The notes under the pieces are model-generated. The model saw only the letters and a program-made list of their open reading frames with translations. It did no database searches and was not told where the DNA came from. Shown one piece after another: positions 1 to 11,673 of a stretch of DNA of 64,000 nt. Positions within the stretch are counted from its first letter, which is position 1. Each line of letters starts with the position of its first letter. The stretch is from contig CM074822.1 in the NCBI GenBank assembly GCA_037447605.1, forward strand, positions 1,759,492-1,823,491, written 5' to 3'. Made by a program: the position numbers and the translations under genes. The DNA is from Zygnema circumcarinatum SAG 698-1b (Eukaryota > Plantae > Zygnematophyceae).

Positions 1-596
1 TACCGATACTCTCCAGAATGGGGGGTGGATAGAGGGAGGGAGAGCATGTCAAAGGAAGTTCGGAAATAAATCAAAGATGACTTCTTGATCGATGGAAGGT
101 GTTTGTGATTGGCTTCTTGTTTATTGTGTCTTTAAACGAATTTTAACAGGAGAAGAGAAGATAAGAATAATTTGGAAAGTGATTTGCTCAATGTGCCGTC
201 GTATATGCGGAGCAGGTTTCCATTTCGGCATGCAAAAATCTCAAGATAGCTTTGTGGCGATTTTACATTATAAAATAAACAATTCCAATTGATTTTAGCT
301 TCAGCTTCATCAAGAGTTTGTTCGCCTCTCAACAATCTCCAACAGCAATTGCTATTTTACAGAAAACTTGAAGACTATGTTTTCCTCATTACAATCTTTA
401 TAAACGAAAATATTGTCTTAATAATTCTTTTAGTTAAAAGTGCTATATAGCAAACTTACTACTTACTACTAACAAACTTACTACTAAACTTACTTAGCTA
501 ATTTACAAACTATGAACACGAACTATGAACTATGAAGTCTGTACAGAAATCAGTCGACAACTAGTCGACTGAGTAATAAGAGGGCCTTCACTTTAA

Positions 597-3315
597 CTAT
601 ACAATGACTAACTCGACATTACTAGCCCCCCCTTCATGCTTATACTTTTCATACAAAGCTCTCATTTCCTCTATAAACTTTTCCTGCACTTTCTTCACAT
701 AGTCTTCGGCCGGCTCCGCCGAATGTTCCACTTCGATCGGTTTTCCGATGACTAATAGAAGGGGCTTAGAGAGAGGAACAGGGCCTCCCCACAATCCAAA
801 GTAAAGAATTGGAGCGAATTTTAGGGCTCTGGCGAGCTCCTTGAACCACTTTCCACGTGGAAACCAAAAGTTGAACACATCCCGTTGGCCGAAACAAAAG
901 GCGGGAACTATTGGAGAGCCCGTCGAGATCGCCATCCGAATGAAGCCGAGTCTCTTCTTAAGGTAAAGAATCTGGAGTCAAGAAACCACGAAACATGTAA
1001 GGGGAGGAAGGAGGAGGGAGAGAGGAAGAGAGGGAGGGAGGGAGGGTGGGAGGGAGGGGAAGGGGAAGGGGAGAGGGAGGGAGGGAGGGAGGGAGGATGG
1101 GAGGGTGAGGGAAGGGGGAAGGGAGGGAGGGAGGGAGGGAGGGAGGGAGGGGGAGGGGGGGAGGGGGAGGGGGGGAAGGGAGGGAGGGGGAGGCGGGGAA
1201 GGGCGGGAGGGGGGGGGGAGGGAGAGACGGAGCGAGGGAGAGTAGAGGGAGGGTTATTTGGAACATCAACGTTACTCTATTACTGAACACGCCGATAAAA
1301 CGTCATGAGAAAAGGACTGGAAATGATAGACTTTCATAAGCACTTCGATTAAAACCATAACTAGGAACCTAAACCCCCCAATCCCTTACCCTAACCTCAA
1401 CCCTAAGTCCCCAACACTAACCCCAAACTCCTTCCTATAACCAAGACCTAACCCTACCTAAGAGAAACCGATATCCAACAGGACTGCGTAGTTACAAATG
1501 AAGAAACCTTACTTCGCTTTTCCTATTCATGCAGAGACATTCCTGAACCCCTCCCGGAACGATGACGCAGCTTGTTCCCTCCCTCAGAAGCTTTGAGAAG
1601 GAGTCCTTTGAAGCCGCCGCGAGGCCGAGCCATGTCCAAAGATGGCGGCCGAGAGGAACAAGATCCAATGCGCTGCTGCCAAGTGTCCGCAAACGAGAGA
1701 AGGGGACGAGGCCGGAGCCGGGAGAGAAGGCCAAAAGGGAGACGGGCCATACAGAATGGGGCTCTAAAGCGATCACATATGCACGGTTGGGGTCGATAGA
1801 AGTCCCATCTTCCAAAATCACCTGAAAGTGTGTGAGAGAGAAAGAGAGAGAGGGAGAGGAGAAGGGGGTGACAGTGAGAGAGAGGGAGAAAGGGAGAAGG
1901 GGGGGGTTACATTGACTAGCCTGATACCAGCTTGATAGCCTGATAGATGTATGAAGGCCTCTGAAAAAGTAAAGAAAGAGTTTATGAGAAGTGTGTTGAT
2001 GTCTTTGTTTGTGTGTATATGATCCAATGGGACTGAGGGGTGTGTTCATCATGTGTATGCTGGAAGTGAGAATGTGACACTTCCTTCACACGAGGAAGGG
2101 AGGGAAGGAGGGAGGGATGGGAGGAGGAGAGGGAGGAAGGTTGGACGAGGGAGGGAGGGAGGGAGGGAGGGAGGGAGGGAGGGAGGGAGGGAGGGAGGGA
2201 GGAATGGAGGCAGGGAAGGAGGGACGGACTGACGGAGGGAGGGAGTGAGTGAGTGAGTGAGGGAAAGATGGAAGAGGGAACAGAGGGAGTGACGTGAAAA
2301 AGACAGAGAGAAGAGTCATACTTTGATAGGGAAGTAGGACGGTGCTGTGGAAGCTATCCATCTGGCCAGACTTGTCCCCCATTTTGAGTTTTTGTCGACC
2401 GGGACCAATGTAACGGCGAGAAGGAATGCGAGGAGGGCGAGGGCCCAAGGACGCGGAAAGAAGAGCATCCCGAGGGCGACCAGTGCCGCAGCAAGAAGGA
2501 AAATTCCCATCCACAGAATGAGGGCCACGTGGAGACACACCTAAAAGGGGGCGAGACAGGAGACGGTGTTAAAGTAAAGGTTAGCTTTCCGCCGCTCGTT
2601 AAGATTCGATTTATTCCTTCCGAGAGTGAGGGAGTGGGAGAGGGAGGGGGAGGGGGGANNNNNNNNNNGGGGGGATGGGGAGGTGGGGGAGGGCGGAGGG
2701 GTAAGGAGAGGGGAGGAAGGGAGAAGGGGGGATTGGTGAGGGGGGACGGGCGACGGGGGAGGGGGGAGGGGGGAAAGAGGGGAGAGGGGAGAGGGGAGAG
2801 AGGGGAGGGGGGAGAGGGTAGGGAGAGGGGGGAGATGGGAAGAGGGGAGAGGGAGAGGTGGGAGAGGGGAGGTGGGAGGGAGGAGAGGGGCGAGATGGGA
2901 GAGCGAGGAGGGTGGGGAGAAGGGGGAGATGGGGGAGAGCGGAGAGAGGGGGAGAGGGGGGAGAGGGGCGAATGGGGGAGGGGGGAGGAGGGGAGGAAGG
3001 GACGGAGATTCGGCCATAGTAAACGCTTGCCAGTAAATTTCGATACTTAAAAGTTGAATTGATAAAAAAAATATAGAAACGAATTCATTATAGCTTGAAT
3101 ATCAAACTATAGAAGCCCCAAATTACCTTCGAGTACAGCTTTTGGAGCGCTGCAACTCCACGGCTACTTCGTGGAAGCTTGAAAAAAGGTTCTTCTGCCA
3201 CAGTTGAAGACTTCCCCCCGCCATCCGGCAAAAATGTGGGATCTCCAACCTCTCCAGTGACGTCACTGCTAAGCTGACGATGACGCACAGTTGCGGCCAG
3301 GTGTCCTGATACCAT
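597..3315 (-). CDS. DGAT2: Diacylglycerol acyltransferase type 2, copy A (4 exons, ~363 aa)
   Basis: Exons 3315-3127, 2540-2322, 1821-1513, 971-597 with GT-AG phase-0 introns; motifs [36 protein letters not shown]; hydrophobic N-terminal segment; C-terminus ELVIV. Confidence 0.93.
1365..1460 (+). repeat. Degenerate (CCCTAA)n-like tract in DGAT2-A intron 3
   Basis: Repeated ccctaa/cctaac/accccaa units. Confidence 0.55.
2659..2668. other. Assembly gap (10 N) inside a G-rich tract
   Basis: Run of n. Confidence 0.98.
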
Positions 3316-4038
3316 CGCAGCGTCAGGAGAGAGCGAGAAGAGAGAAAGAGGGTGAATGGGGGAAGAGAGGGAGTGAGAGAGAGGAAGTGAGAGGGAAGAG
3401 GGATGGTGAAGAGCGACAGGGAGAGAGAGGGGGGGGAAAGACACACGAGCGGTGAGTGGGAGAGCGATGGAGGGACGAGGAACGTAATGGAAGCTTCGGG
3501 GTCGCCGGGCTCTCCAGCCGCCAATATAACTGTGCCAGGTGTGAATACCACGCGGATCACCATTGGTTGATGCTCAAGAGTTGGAGAATTGTCCGCGGTC
3601 TGAAAATACTGTAGAGTACTGTATGGATTGGTCGGGTACGTAAGTACGGACGCTAGTACATTGCCTTGGAAACGCATCACATAAAATTTCCCTTGTGTTT
3701 AGCTATTGGTATAATCGTCGGCGGACGAGCGGAGTCCGAGGGCTCGGGACCTGTCCAAGTGCAAGTTATTTTTTGACGCCGGAGTCGGACGTCACCGTCC
3801 GTTGGCGACATTTCAAGCGTCCTTCACACTGTGTACGTCTGTCCATTGCTTATTCTTAGGACAGTTTGCCTACGTCCGTATTTGATTACCGGTTGAAACT
3901 GCCCAACGGGACTCGCGGAGGCGGACGACGCGAGAACGGCGCGGCCGTGACACGGAACGTCAGAGGTCGGCGCTGACGTGACACTTTGGGAGCACGCCAT
4001 TGGCTGTTGTCCCGTAAATTGCGGCGGGATAAGTGAAC

Positions 4039-4098
4039 TGTATACGTGGCAATTCGCCATTGGATATAAACAGCCAATGGCGACTCGCCACGTATACA
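4039..4098. promoter_or_regulatory. Palindromic ABRE/CCAAT element in the divergent DGAT2 spacer
   Basis: TGTATACGTGGC-aat-TCGCCATTGG-atataaacag-CCAATGGCGA-ctc-GCCACGTATACA. Confidence 0.55.
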
Positions 4099-4740
4099 AA
4101 TTTAGAGTTTGTAGGCCTCAATACGAGGAACCAAACATGGAATCTGGCCTTAGTCTCACATTGCGATGTTCTGACAGGTGCAACATGGCCGACAACAACA
4201 ACAACAACATGTTCAACAACAATATGGGACACGAACCACGAGGGGCGCCGATGTGGCCCACGTGGCGTGAAGGGAGGGCCGAAAGGCCATCGGACGGTCG
4301 GCAACAACCGTAGCTCTTTGAAGAGCCCCATATCAAACAACAACGCCTCTCATGGTTCACGACTAAGACGATACATTGCTTAGGGCCGGAACCAAACAAC
4401 GCAACATCTACAAAAAGCAACATCCCCAAAGCATGCACTGAATAAAAACCCCATTCACGAGGGCGCGATCAGGACGGTCGGACTCATTACTAATAAGGGT
4501 CTCAGACTCATGCCTCCCGCCACGAGCGGGCGCATGGGTCCCAAGGGGAGCACGATGGTTTTTCGTTTTGTCTTTAGGTCCTTTGCGAACAGTTCCTTGT
4601 GGTTTCCCATGATGACATGTCCATGTACATTTCATGGCATCGCTATTGCCCACGCTATGGCTTCTCTACCTCTGTCATTTTCAAAGCTCCTCTCCGTCCC
4701 ACTCCGTTTCCCTCTCTCTCCCCCTCCCCCCCACTCTCTC

Positions 4741-4802
4741 CCTCTCTCTCCCTCTCCCTCTCCCTCTCCCTCTCCCTCTCCCTCTCCCTCTCCCTCTCCC
4801 TC
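4741..4802. repeat. (CCCTCT)n microsatellite
   Basis: Tandem hexamer. Confidence 0.9.
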
Positions 4803-5158
4803 TTTTTCCTCTCAAATTATTTGCCCTAACCAGTTGTCCATGTACAACACTTGATGGTATCATCGCCATAGTGAGAGCAATGCCACATCCCCCCACAATG
4901 TGTTGTTCAACAAGCACACGCACGCGCGTAACAACATAGGATGGCCAGGCGATTGGTTCAACGCGCGGGGGTTAACAACTGGGTTGCAATCGGATCAGCG
5001 TTTCTAAACGGAGGTGTGGTCAAGTTTGTAAGTGGATCTGATTGAGCTGGTTTTGGTTGATCCACGAGTTCACTCCCCATTTCAGCTTCCACCAATCAGA
5101 GAAGACCATGAAAAGGTACGATCACTACAGTCCATAGTCAAGATCGCCTTTCATGCGC

Positions 5159-5284
5159 CACGTGTTGGAATTACACGTGGCCCATGCAATCTATCCACGT
5201 GGGCTCGTCTACGTCAGACCACCGACATCCAGCGCATTGTGGTCCCGACTCGCATGCTGACTGTGCAGACCTTACTGCCACGTG
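5159..5284 (+). promoter_or_regulatory. Four G-boxes plus one RY motif upstream of DGAT2-B
   Basis: CACGTG at 5159, 5174, 5196, 5279; CATGCA at 5183. Confidence 0.55.
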
Positions 5285-5437
5285 ACTCTAACGGCACACT
5301 GCAAGCTGCTGACGTGCCCCCCCCCCACCCCCCGCCCCCGGGGCCCATTCAAAATCGAAAATTTTTGGAGCCTCTTCCCCCTCTCCTCTTTCTTCTTCCT
5401 TTTCTCTCCTTTTTTTAATTTTCTCCTGTCCGAGAGA

Positions 5438-7092
5438 ATGACAGGCTCGTTTTATCAGTTCAGCGAAGGCTTGGCAGGCAGGAAGAAAACATTTACGGAA
5501 AATTTCGTCGGATTTATGCCCTTGAAATATATTTCTGCGCGGGGCCGCGGGTTCTGTGGGCCCTGGCCCGCCCGGAGGCTGCAGGAGGACCTCGTCCGTA
5601 CGGCCGGCGAGCTGTGGCTGAAGGTCAAAACCTTCTTATTTCAACCATGACTAATATGACTATGACTATGAATTAACCATCACTGAGCGAGCGAGGCAGA
5701 CCTTTGTATTTATATATATAAATGTATATAACAAAAAAAACGATGTAAATGTTGTTTTGCGTTTTTCTTTAACAATTTTTATTTTTAATTTCAGGCTCTA
5801 GAGCTGCTTGCGGTCTCTCTCTGGCTCGGAATATTTCACTTCAACACTTTTATGATCGCCGGATCGCTCCTTTTCTTTCCCCATCCGATCGCTGTCTCAA
5901 TTTTAGCCCTTTATATTTCGCTAATGTTCGTCCCCATCGACGAGAATTTTTCATGGGGCAGAGCCTACGCAAATTTTATATTCAAATATGCCCCCTCCCA
6001 CTTTCCAATGAAGGTAAGAAGGCCCTCTCTACTTCGAACTTTTGAGCTTCAAATGTTCAATTTTCGATTTTGGGTAGTTGTGCGTCGAAATCTTAATTTG
6101 TTTTCCGGCTTTCGAATTCACACTTTCTCTCAGACGCTATCCCTCTCTCTATCTCTCTCTCTCCCTCTCCTCCTCTCGCCCACTATCTCTCTCTTGGGTT
6201 TTCTCAAAGTTTGGGAGAAAGCGTGGAAGGGTATGTGATGATTTACTTTAATTCACTCTCTCCCTCGCTCTCGCTTCTCACTCTGTTTCCTTCTTCCCTC
6301 CACTACCCGGCCCCTCCCCCTCCCGCTCACTATCCCCCCTCTTCTTTCTTCCCCCCACCTTCTCCTTTACCCTTCCCTATACCCTCCCCAACTCTAATCT
6401 CCACCTCCACCCTCTCCCTCACTTCTCCCCACGTCTCCCCACCCCCTCCCCCCCCCACTCCTCCTTCCCCTTTTCTCCCCCTCCTTCCCCTGCTCTCTCC
6501 CCCTTTTTGCCCCACCCCTCCGTCGCTCCCCCCCACGCCCCCCTTACTCGCTTCCCTCCGTCCCCCGTTCTATCGCCCTCACTCCCTTCTCCCTCCTCAT
6601 CTCTCTCTTACCTCCTCCCCCCCTCTCCTTTCCCCTCCCCGCCCTCTCTTCGTCCCCCCCCACTCCCACTCCCCCCCCCTCTCCCCTCACCCTTTCCCCC
6701 CACTCCCCCCTTCTCCGACCCCTTCCCTCCCTCCCTCCCTCCCTCCCTCCCTCCCTCCCTCTCCCGCAGGTGGTTGTCGAGTCCCCCTCCTCCCTCCCCT
6801 CCTCCCGCCCCCACGTGGTGGCCGTAGAGCCCCACTCGGTCCTGCCCGTCGGCGCCCTCGCTCTGGTCGGCGGCCGACAGAGTCCGTTCCCGCGTGCGCG
6901 TACCCTCGCCAGCGTGGCGCTGCTGAGGGTGCCCGTAGCGCGCCACGTGCTGACGTGGCTCGGGATGGCGCCCGTAACGCGCGCATCCTTCTTGGAGCTG
7001 CTCAATGGGGGCACCACGTGCGTGCTCGTACCGGGAGGGGTGCAGGAGTGCCTGTACATGAACTCGCACCAGGAGGTGGGTGGGCTCACGCG

Positions 7093-7140
<48 letters not shown>

Positions 7141-7999
7141 TCTCTCTCTCTCTATCTCTCTCGCTTCTGCTCTCTCTCTCTCTCTTTCTCTCGTTCTTGC
7201 TCATTCGCTCTCTTATTCCGGGCCTCTCTCTCGCTCACGCTCTATCGCGATCAATGTCCCCCTCAAAATCAACTCGGCAGACTCCATTGTTGCTTAATTT
7301 GAAACACCCACCTACCCCTCTCTCTCTCTCTCCCTCTCTAACTTGTTCTCTCGCTCTCGCTTGATCACTCTCTCATTTCACTAGCTTGAAAAACGCCAAC
7401 TTCCTTTCCTTCAGAACCCTCCAATCTCTCTTCTCGCCCCCCTTTCCCCCTCTCTCCCCACCCTCTCTCTCGTCCGACCTTTTCCTTCTAGTACAATGAA
7501 TGTGTACCTTGTTTCTGTTAGGTGAACTTTCAAAGTTTTGCTTAGTCATAAAGAAGTCGTTTTCAAACTCGCAAGTAACACAACATAATCTTTGTGTGCT
7601 CTCTCCCCCTTTCTTTCTTTCCAGGTCCTCTTTTTAAAGAAAAGGAAAGGCTTTGTGCGATTAGCGATGATGGGTGGTGCCCCACTCGTGCCCGTCTTTA
7701 TATTCGGTCAGCGTGACATCTTCAAATTTTGGTTTCCTCGCCAAAACTGGTTTTACACTTTGTCCCGAAAGCTAAAGTTTGCTCCCATTTTCTACTGGGG
7801 CATGTTCGGCGGGTTTTTGCCTTTCCGCCGCCCTCTCACAATCGTAGTGGGAACACCGATCGAAGTAGTGAAGAGAGAGTCGCCGAGTGAAGAAGAAGTG
7901 GCGGCTTTGCATGAGAAGTTTCTGGAAGCCATGAAACGACTCTATGACAAGTACAAGGAGGAAGCTGGAGCAGCTCACATTGAGCTTGTCATCATTTAG
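5438..7999 (+). CDS. DGAT2: Diacylglycerol acyltransferase type 2, copy B (4 exons, ~361 aa)
   Basis: Exons 5438-5623, 5795-6013, 6770-7075, 7625-7999; motifs HFP, EPHSVLP, VPGGVQE, RKGFVRLA..GAPLVPVFIFGQ; exons 2 and 4 are the same length as in copy A (219, 375 nt). Confidence 0.93.
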
Positions 8000-8773
8000 A
8001 AAAGAGTTTCTAAAAGAAAGAATATGAAACTGCTCGCACATGTTCTGCAGACAATTTTTCTTTTTGTAAAGATGTGCATAGCTACATAGCTTTGTAGATT
8101 TCTGAAACAGTAAGCATGTGCCCCCCCCATTATTCACCCACTTTTTAAGGCAATGTCCCATAAAGAGGAAACCACGTGCCCTTATCGCCAACTGAAACTA
8201 GACTAACAACTAACTAAAACTGAACTAACTAAACTTAAAAAAAAAAAACTAACTAAACTAAACAAAACTAACTAATTACTTAATTAACATACCATGTGAA
8301 GCAACTGAGTTTTTCCTTCTTTGTCCCGTTTCATGCTGTATAGCATTTCATTCAATGCATTCTCATAGATAATCACGTTATGTTAAGGAGCTCATCTCGT
8401 TCAGAAAGGAGACAACAACTTCGAAAGACAAAAGATTTGGAAACGCAGTTTCATTTCAAATTTGTTTGCGGCACAAACAAAAGGCCCTCAAAGAGAGCCA
8501 TCCTCCAAAAAAGTAAAATCCTCTCTACTGGCCTCAACAAAATGGCCACTCCTAATCCTAATTCAAAAATTGTTTTTGCACTGCACCTACACACGTGCCT
8601 CTGCTATGCGCCAAAATCTCCTCAACTTCCGTCCCTCTTCCTAAACCACGAGAACAGCTCTTTTCGTCTCTAAGCCTCGCTTCACTTCACAATCTTCAAC
8701 TCCAGCTCTTGCATGTACGCCTGTTTCAGACAAGCAAAAAAACGAGCATCGTAAGCAGCAGAATTAAGCCTTC

Positions 8774-8896
8774 AACGACAAAATTAGTAACACCTAATAA
8801 CTTCGTCGTAAGATCAAAACACAAAGTAAACCACTAACGACAAAATTGGTGATACCTAATAACTTCGTCGTAAGATCAAAACACATAGTAAACCAC
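8774..8896. repeat. Two-copy 62-bp tandem duplication in the 3' region of the cupin gene
   Basis: aacgacaaaatt..cctaataacttcgtcgtaagatcaaaacaca.agtaaaccac at 8774 and 8836. Confidence 0.9.
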
Positions 8897-8910
8897 AAAA
8901 GAAAATCCTG

Positions 8911-11272
8911 TTAATAAGAAAGGCAATCGACCTCGAAAGCTTCAAGAGTTGGGTTCCCTCCTTCAAAGTGCGGCACCTGCACCCCCTCCTCCTTGCGTGG
9001 AAATATTTCGACTTCCTCTCTGCGGCGGCGTGTGCGGTAAACCTTCTCGAGGAGCTCTTCCTTGAGGTTGAGGCCTTGGCGGAGGACCTCCTTCGGGAGG
9101 GCGTGGTAGAGGGAGTTGTACCCCGCCAAAAACGTCGGAATGGGCATGTCGGTGTTGGAGAAGGAGACGTACTCCAACCCCTCGTTGTCGTCCGCGCACT
9201 GTGTGAGAGAGAGGTAGAGAGAGTGAGAGGGAGAGAGTGAGAGGGAGGGAGGGGGAAAGGGCGGGAGGGAGAGGGGGCAAGAAGAGAGATAGAGAAAGAG
9301 AGAGGGAGGGAGAGGGGGCGGGAGGGAGGGAGAGGGGGAGAGAGGAAGGGAGGGGGAGAGAGGGAGAGAAAGGGAGAGGGAGGGAGAGGGAGGGAGAGGG
9401 AGGAGAACACCCAAAAATAGTAAAAAACAGAGAGAGAAAATACCTGAAAATAGTGACATTGAATTTACTTTTTTAAAAGAGAGAATAATTGCTCGAGGGA
9501 CTCACCATAGTCATGGGCCAGAAGGCCGGCACCACGATGTGGTTCCCTGCGGAAATGTCCGTACGGAGAGCGTTACGGCCGTCGGGACGAGCCATTTCCA
9601 TGCGCGCTTTGCCGTTGATGATGTGGAAGAGTCTCCACCCGTTTGTGTAATGCGGCGCAAGCAACGCTCCGCCCTTTCAAACCAAAAATAAAAAAAAAAG
9701 CATGCAATAGCCTCAGGAAGATGCTCCAACCGCAGTTTCCCCCACTTCCAACGGTTTAACCCCCCATGTAAGCAGGAAGTGAAGGAAAGAAGCTTTTCAT
9801 GTAATTGAAGCAAGAAGTGAAGGAAAGGAGCTTTCAAGTTAAGAGTTCAGAGTATATCCACCTCCAACTTTCCCCAAGCCATGGAGATGTCCATGTGTTT
9901 CAGCCATGGAAGCTTCAAGGAATTAATGTGGTTGATAACTCCTCCGTTTCGCACCATCACTTCGGGGTCACTCCGGCGAACGTTTTTCATGAACTGCCCG
10001 AGTAGAGAAGTGCTCTGCTGCCAGGAGATTTTAGAAGCAGCCTGTGCAGGATCATCACACCCAATAAAAACAAAGTCAGAAATAGGCGACGTGTGCTTCT
10101 CAATTCTCACAAAAAGCTCGAGAAAATGTTTGTAACTTCTTGTCAAAAAGCGCAGAAACTAAAAATATATTTAGATATCACAAGCCTGAGAAAGAAAGTA
10201 CCCCTTCCGGCACTTTCATGAAGACGGTCTCCTTCTGCGACTCCAAAAGCTCTCTCACATCGTCCTCCTCCACATCCCACGCACGTGCGAGGACATCCTT
10301 GCTGCCAAAACACCACCATGTAATGCATTGTGAAGTCGAATGACTATATACCTGCATAACAAATAAAAACCAAAAACCAAAGCAAGGCGCAGGAATACAA
10401 AGAAACAGCAGACGAATAGTCTAAACTAGAAAAAAAGGGTTTACCTGAAGCCATGGATTAGGGCGCCTGCTCGCATCTCCTTTCCTCCCATGAGCTGGAA
10501 GGAACGCGGAACGTTCGAGCCTTCATGATGAGAGCGGCGAGCCACAATGACAAAGCGGAGAGGCTCCTTCCCGTCATTCCAGATCCATGACATCCATCCC
10601 TTCGGAACTGCATAGACATCTCCCTTCTCAAGCTCTCTGTTCGCCCAAAAGAGAAAGCCAATCTTCAGTGTGGAAGGGATGCAAGGGATGCAACAAAGGC
10701 ATGGTAAAAAAGTTAATCCACATATGTAAGTGGAACAAAGAGCGAACAGAGAGCTTACGGAGTTGAGAACATGGGTGGTTTTAGAGGGTCACTTCTTTCA
10801 AGTCATTACGTACTTGACATTGCTCGGCATGCCAATTGGCGACACAAGATTCGCGCAGGCTCGTCCGGAAATTATGTATCGCAGGGTTGGAGTATTGCAG
10901 TAATGAGGCAGCGCCAAGGAATTGGGTTCAATCGTCACAACACCGACAGTAAAGTCCGCCTCCTGTAAATCAAAAGAATACGCAAAAAATAATGACAAGT
11001 CAGAGCCTCACATCATCGTGTACTTTTTTTAAGATCCCAGCTCGATCAATTACACAGGTCGATAGCTGAGCCAGCTTTTGGAGAGAGCTTACGCGCAGCA
11101 TCTTGAACTTCTCACTGACGACTTCCACTCGACCCGCCTCATTTCGGATATATTCCTCCATCTCCGTTGCTACAAACTCCTCCTCCGACTCGCGGCCCAT
11201 ATGGTGCCCATTCACTCCCGCAACCAAAAGAAGCGTAGCGAGCGCCAATGCCCCAAAGGAGACTCGACCCAT
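8911..11272 (-). CDS. Secreted bicupin, 11S globulin/legumin-like storage protein (7 exons, ~418 aa)
   Basis: Exons 11272-11093, 10962-10814, 10636-10445, 10301-10202, 10041-9862, 9673-9506, 9198-8911 join in frame; signal peptide MGRVSFGALALATLLLVAGVNG; 11S-like blocks NEAGRVEV, IEPNSLALPHYCNTP, EKGDVYAVPKGWMSWIWNDGKEPL, LIHGFSKDVLARAWDV, LLAPHYTN, FLAGYNSLYHALPKEVL. Confidence 0.85.
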
Positions 11273-11369
11273 CGCGTCAGCTCTTCAGAGCACTACTTGA
11301 ACACTACAGTAAGCCAAATCTGCAGAAATATTAGGCCTCTGCCTACCTAACTGCAGCACCTGGAAGGCC

Positions 11370-11673
11370 TTAAATAGAGTTTGAGGGGGTCCAAGCGAAC
11401 GGCTGAGATTAGTGGCGGCTGCATGTTTGCTACTCCCTATGCATGAGAAAGGCGGCGCCGTATACAGCATGCGAAGGTGCAAGAAGGGATTTCATCACAG
11501 CGTGCAATGTCCCGGCGCTTTGCATTTGCGGAGTAACGAGGGGGCGCGGCCAGCGCACGCAGGAGGAGCCACACGGAGGTTTTTCCGAGTTCGGTGCTAC
11601 CGGCGGCTTGGCGGGCCCATGCAGCCCCATGCATGCCGTCAGACTGTAAGCCAAATGATCGGGCGCCACGTGG
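11370..11673 (-). promoter_or_regulatory. RY-repeat plus G-box promoter of the legumin-like gene
   Basis: TATTTAA-like box ~11370-11376; TGCATG at 11420 and 11440; CATGCA at 11618; CATGCATG at 11628-11635; GCCACGTGG at 11665-11673. Confidence 0.6.

Noticed and set aside
885-9476. Many Pro/Ser/Leu- or Gly/Arg/Glu-rich ORFs (e.g. 885-1286, 2529-3050, 6211-7302)
   Set aside because: Translations of intronic purine/pyrimidine tracts or shadow frames of real exons.
10621-10631. Apparent frameshift (extra C) in cupin exon 3
   Set aside because: That printed block has 11 characters and the ORF track implies three C, which keeps the frame; treated as a display artefact.
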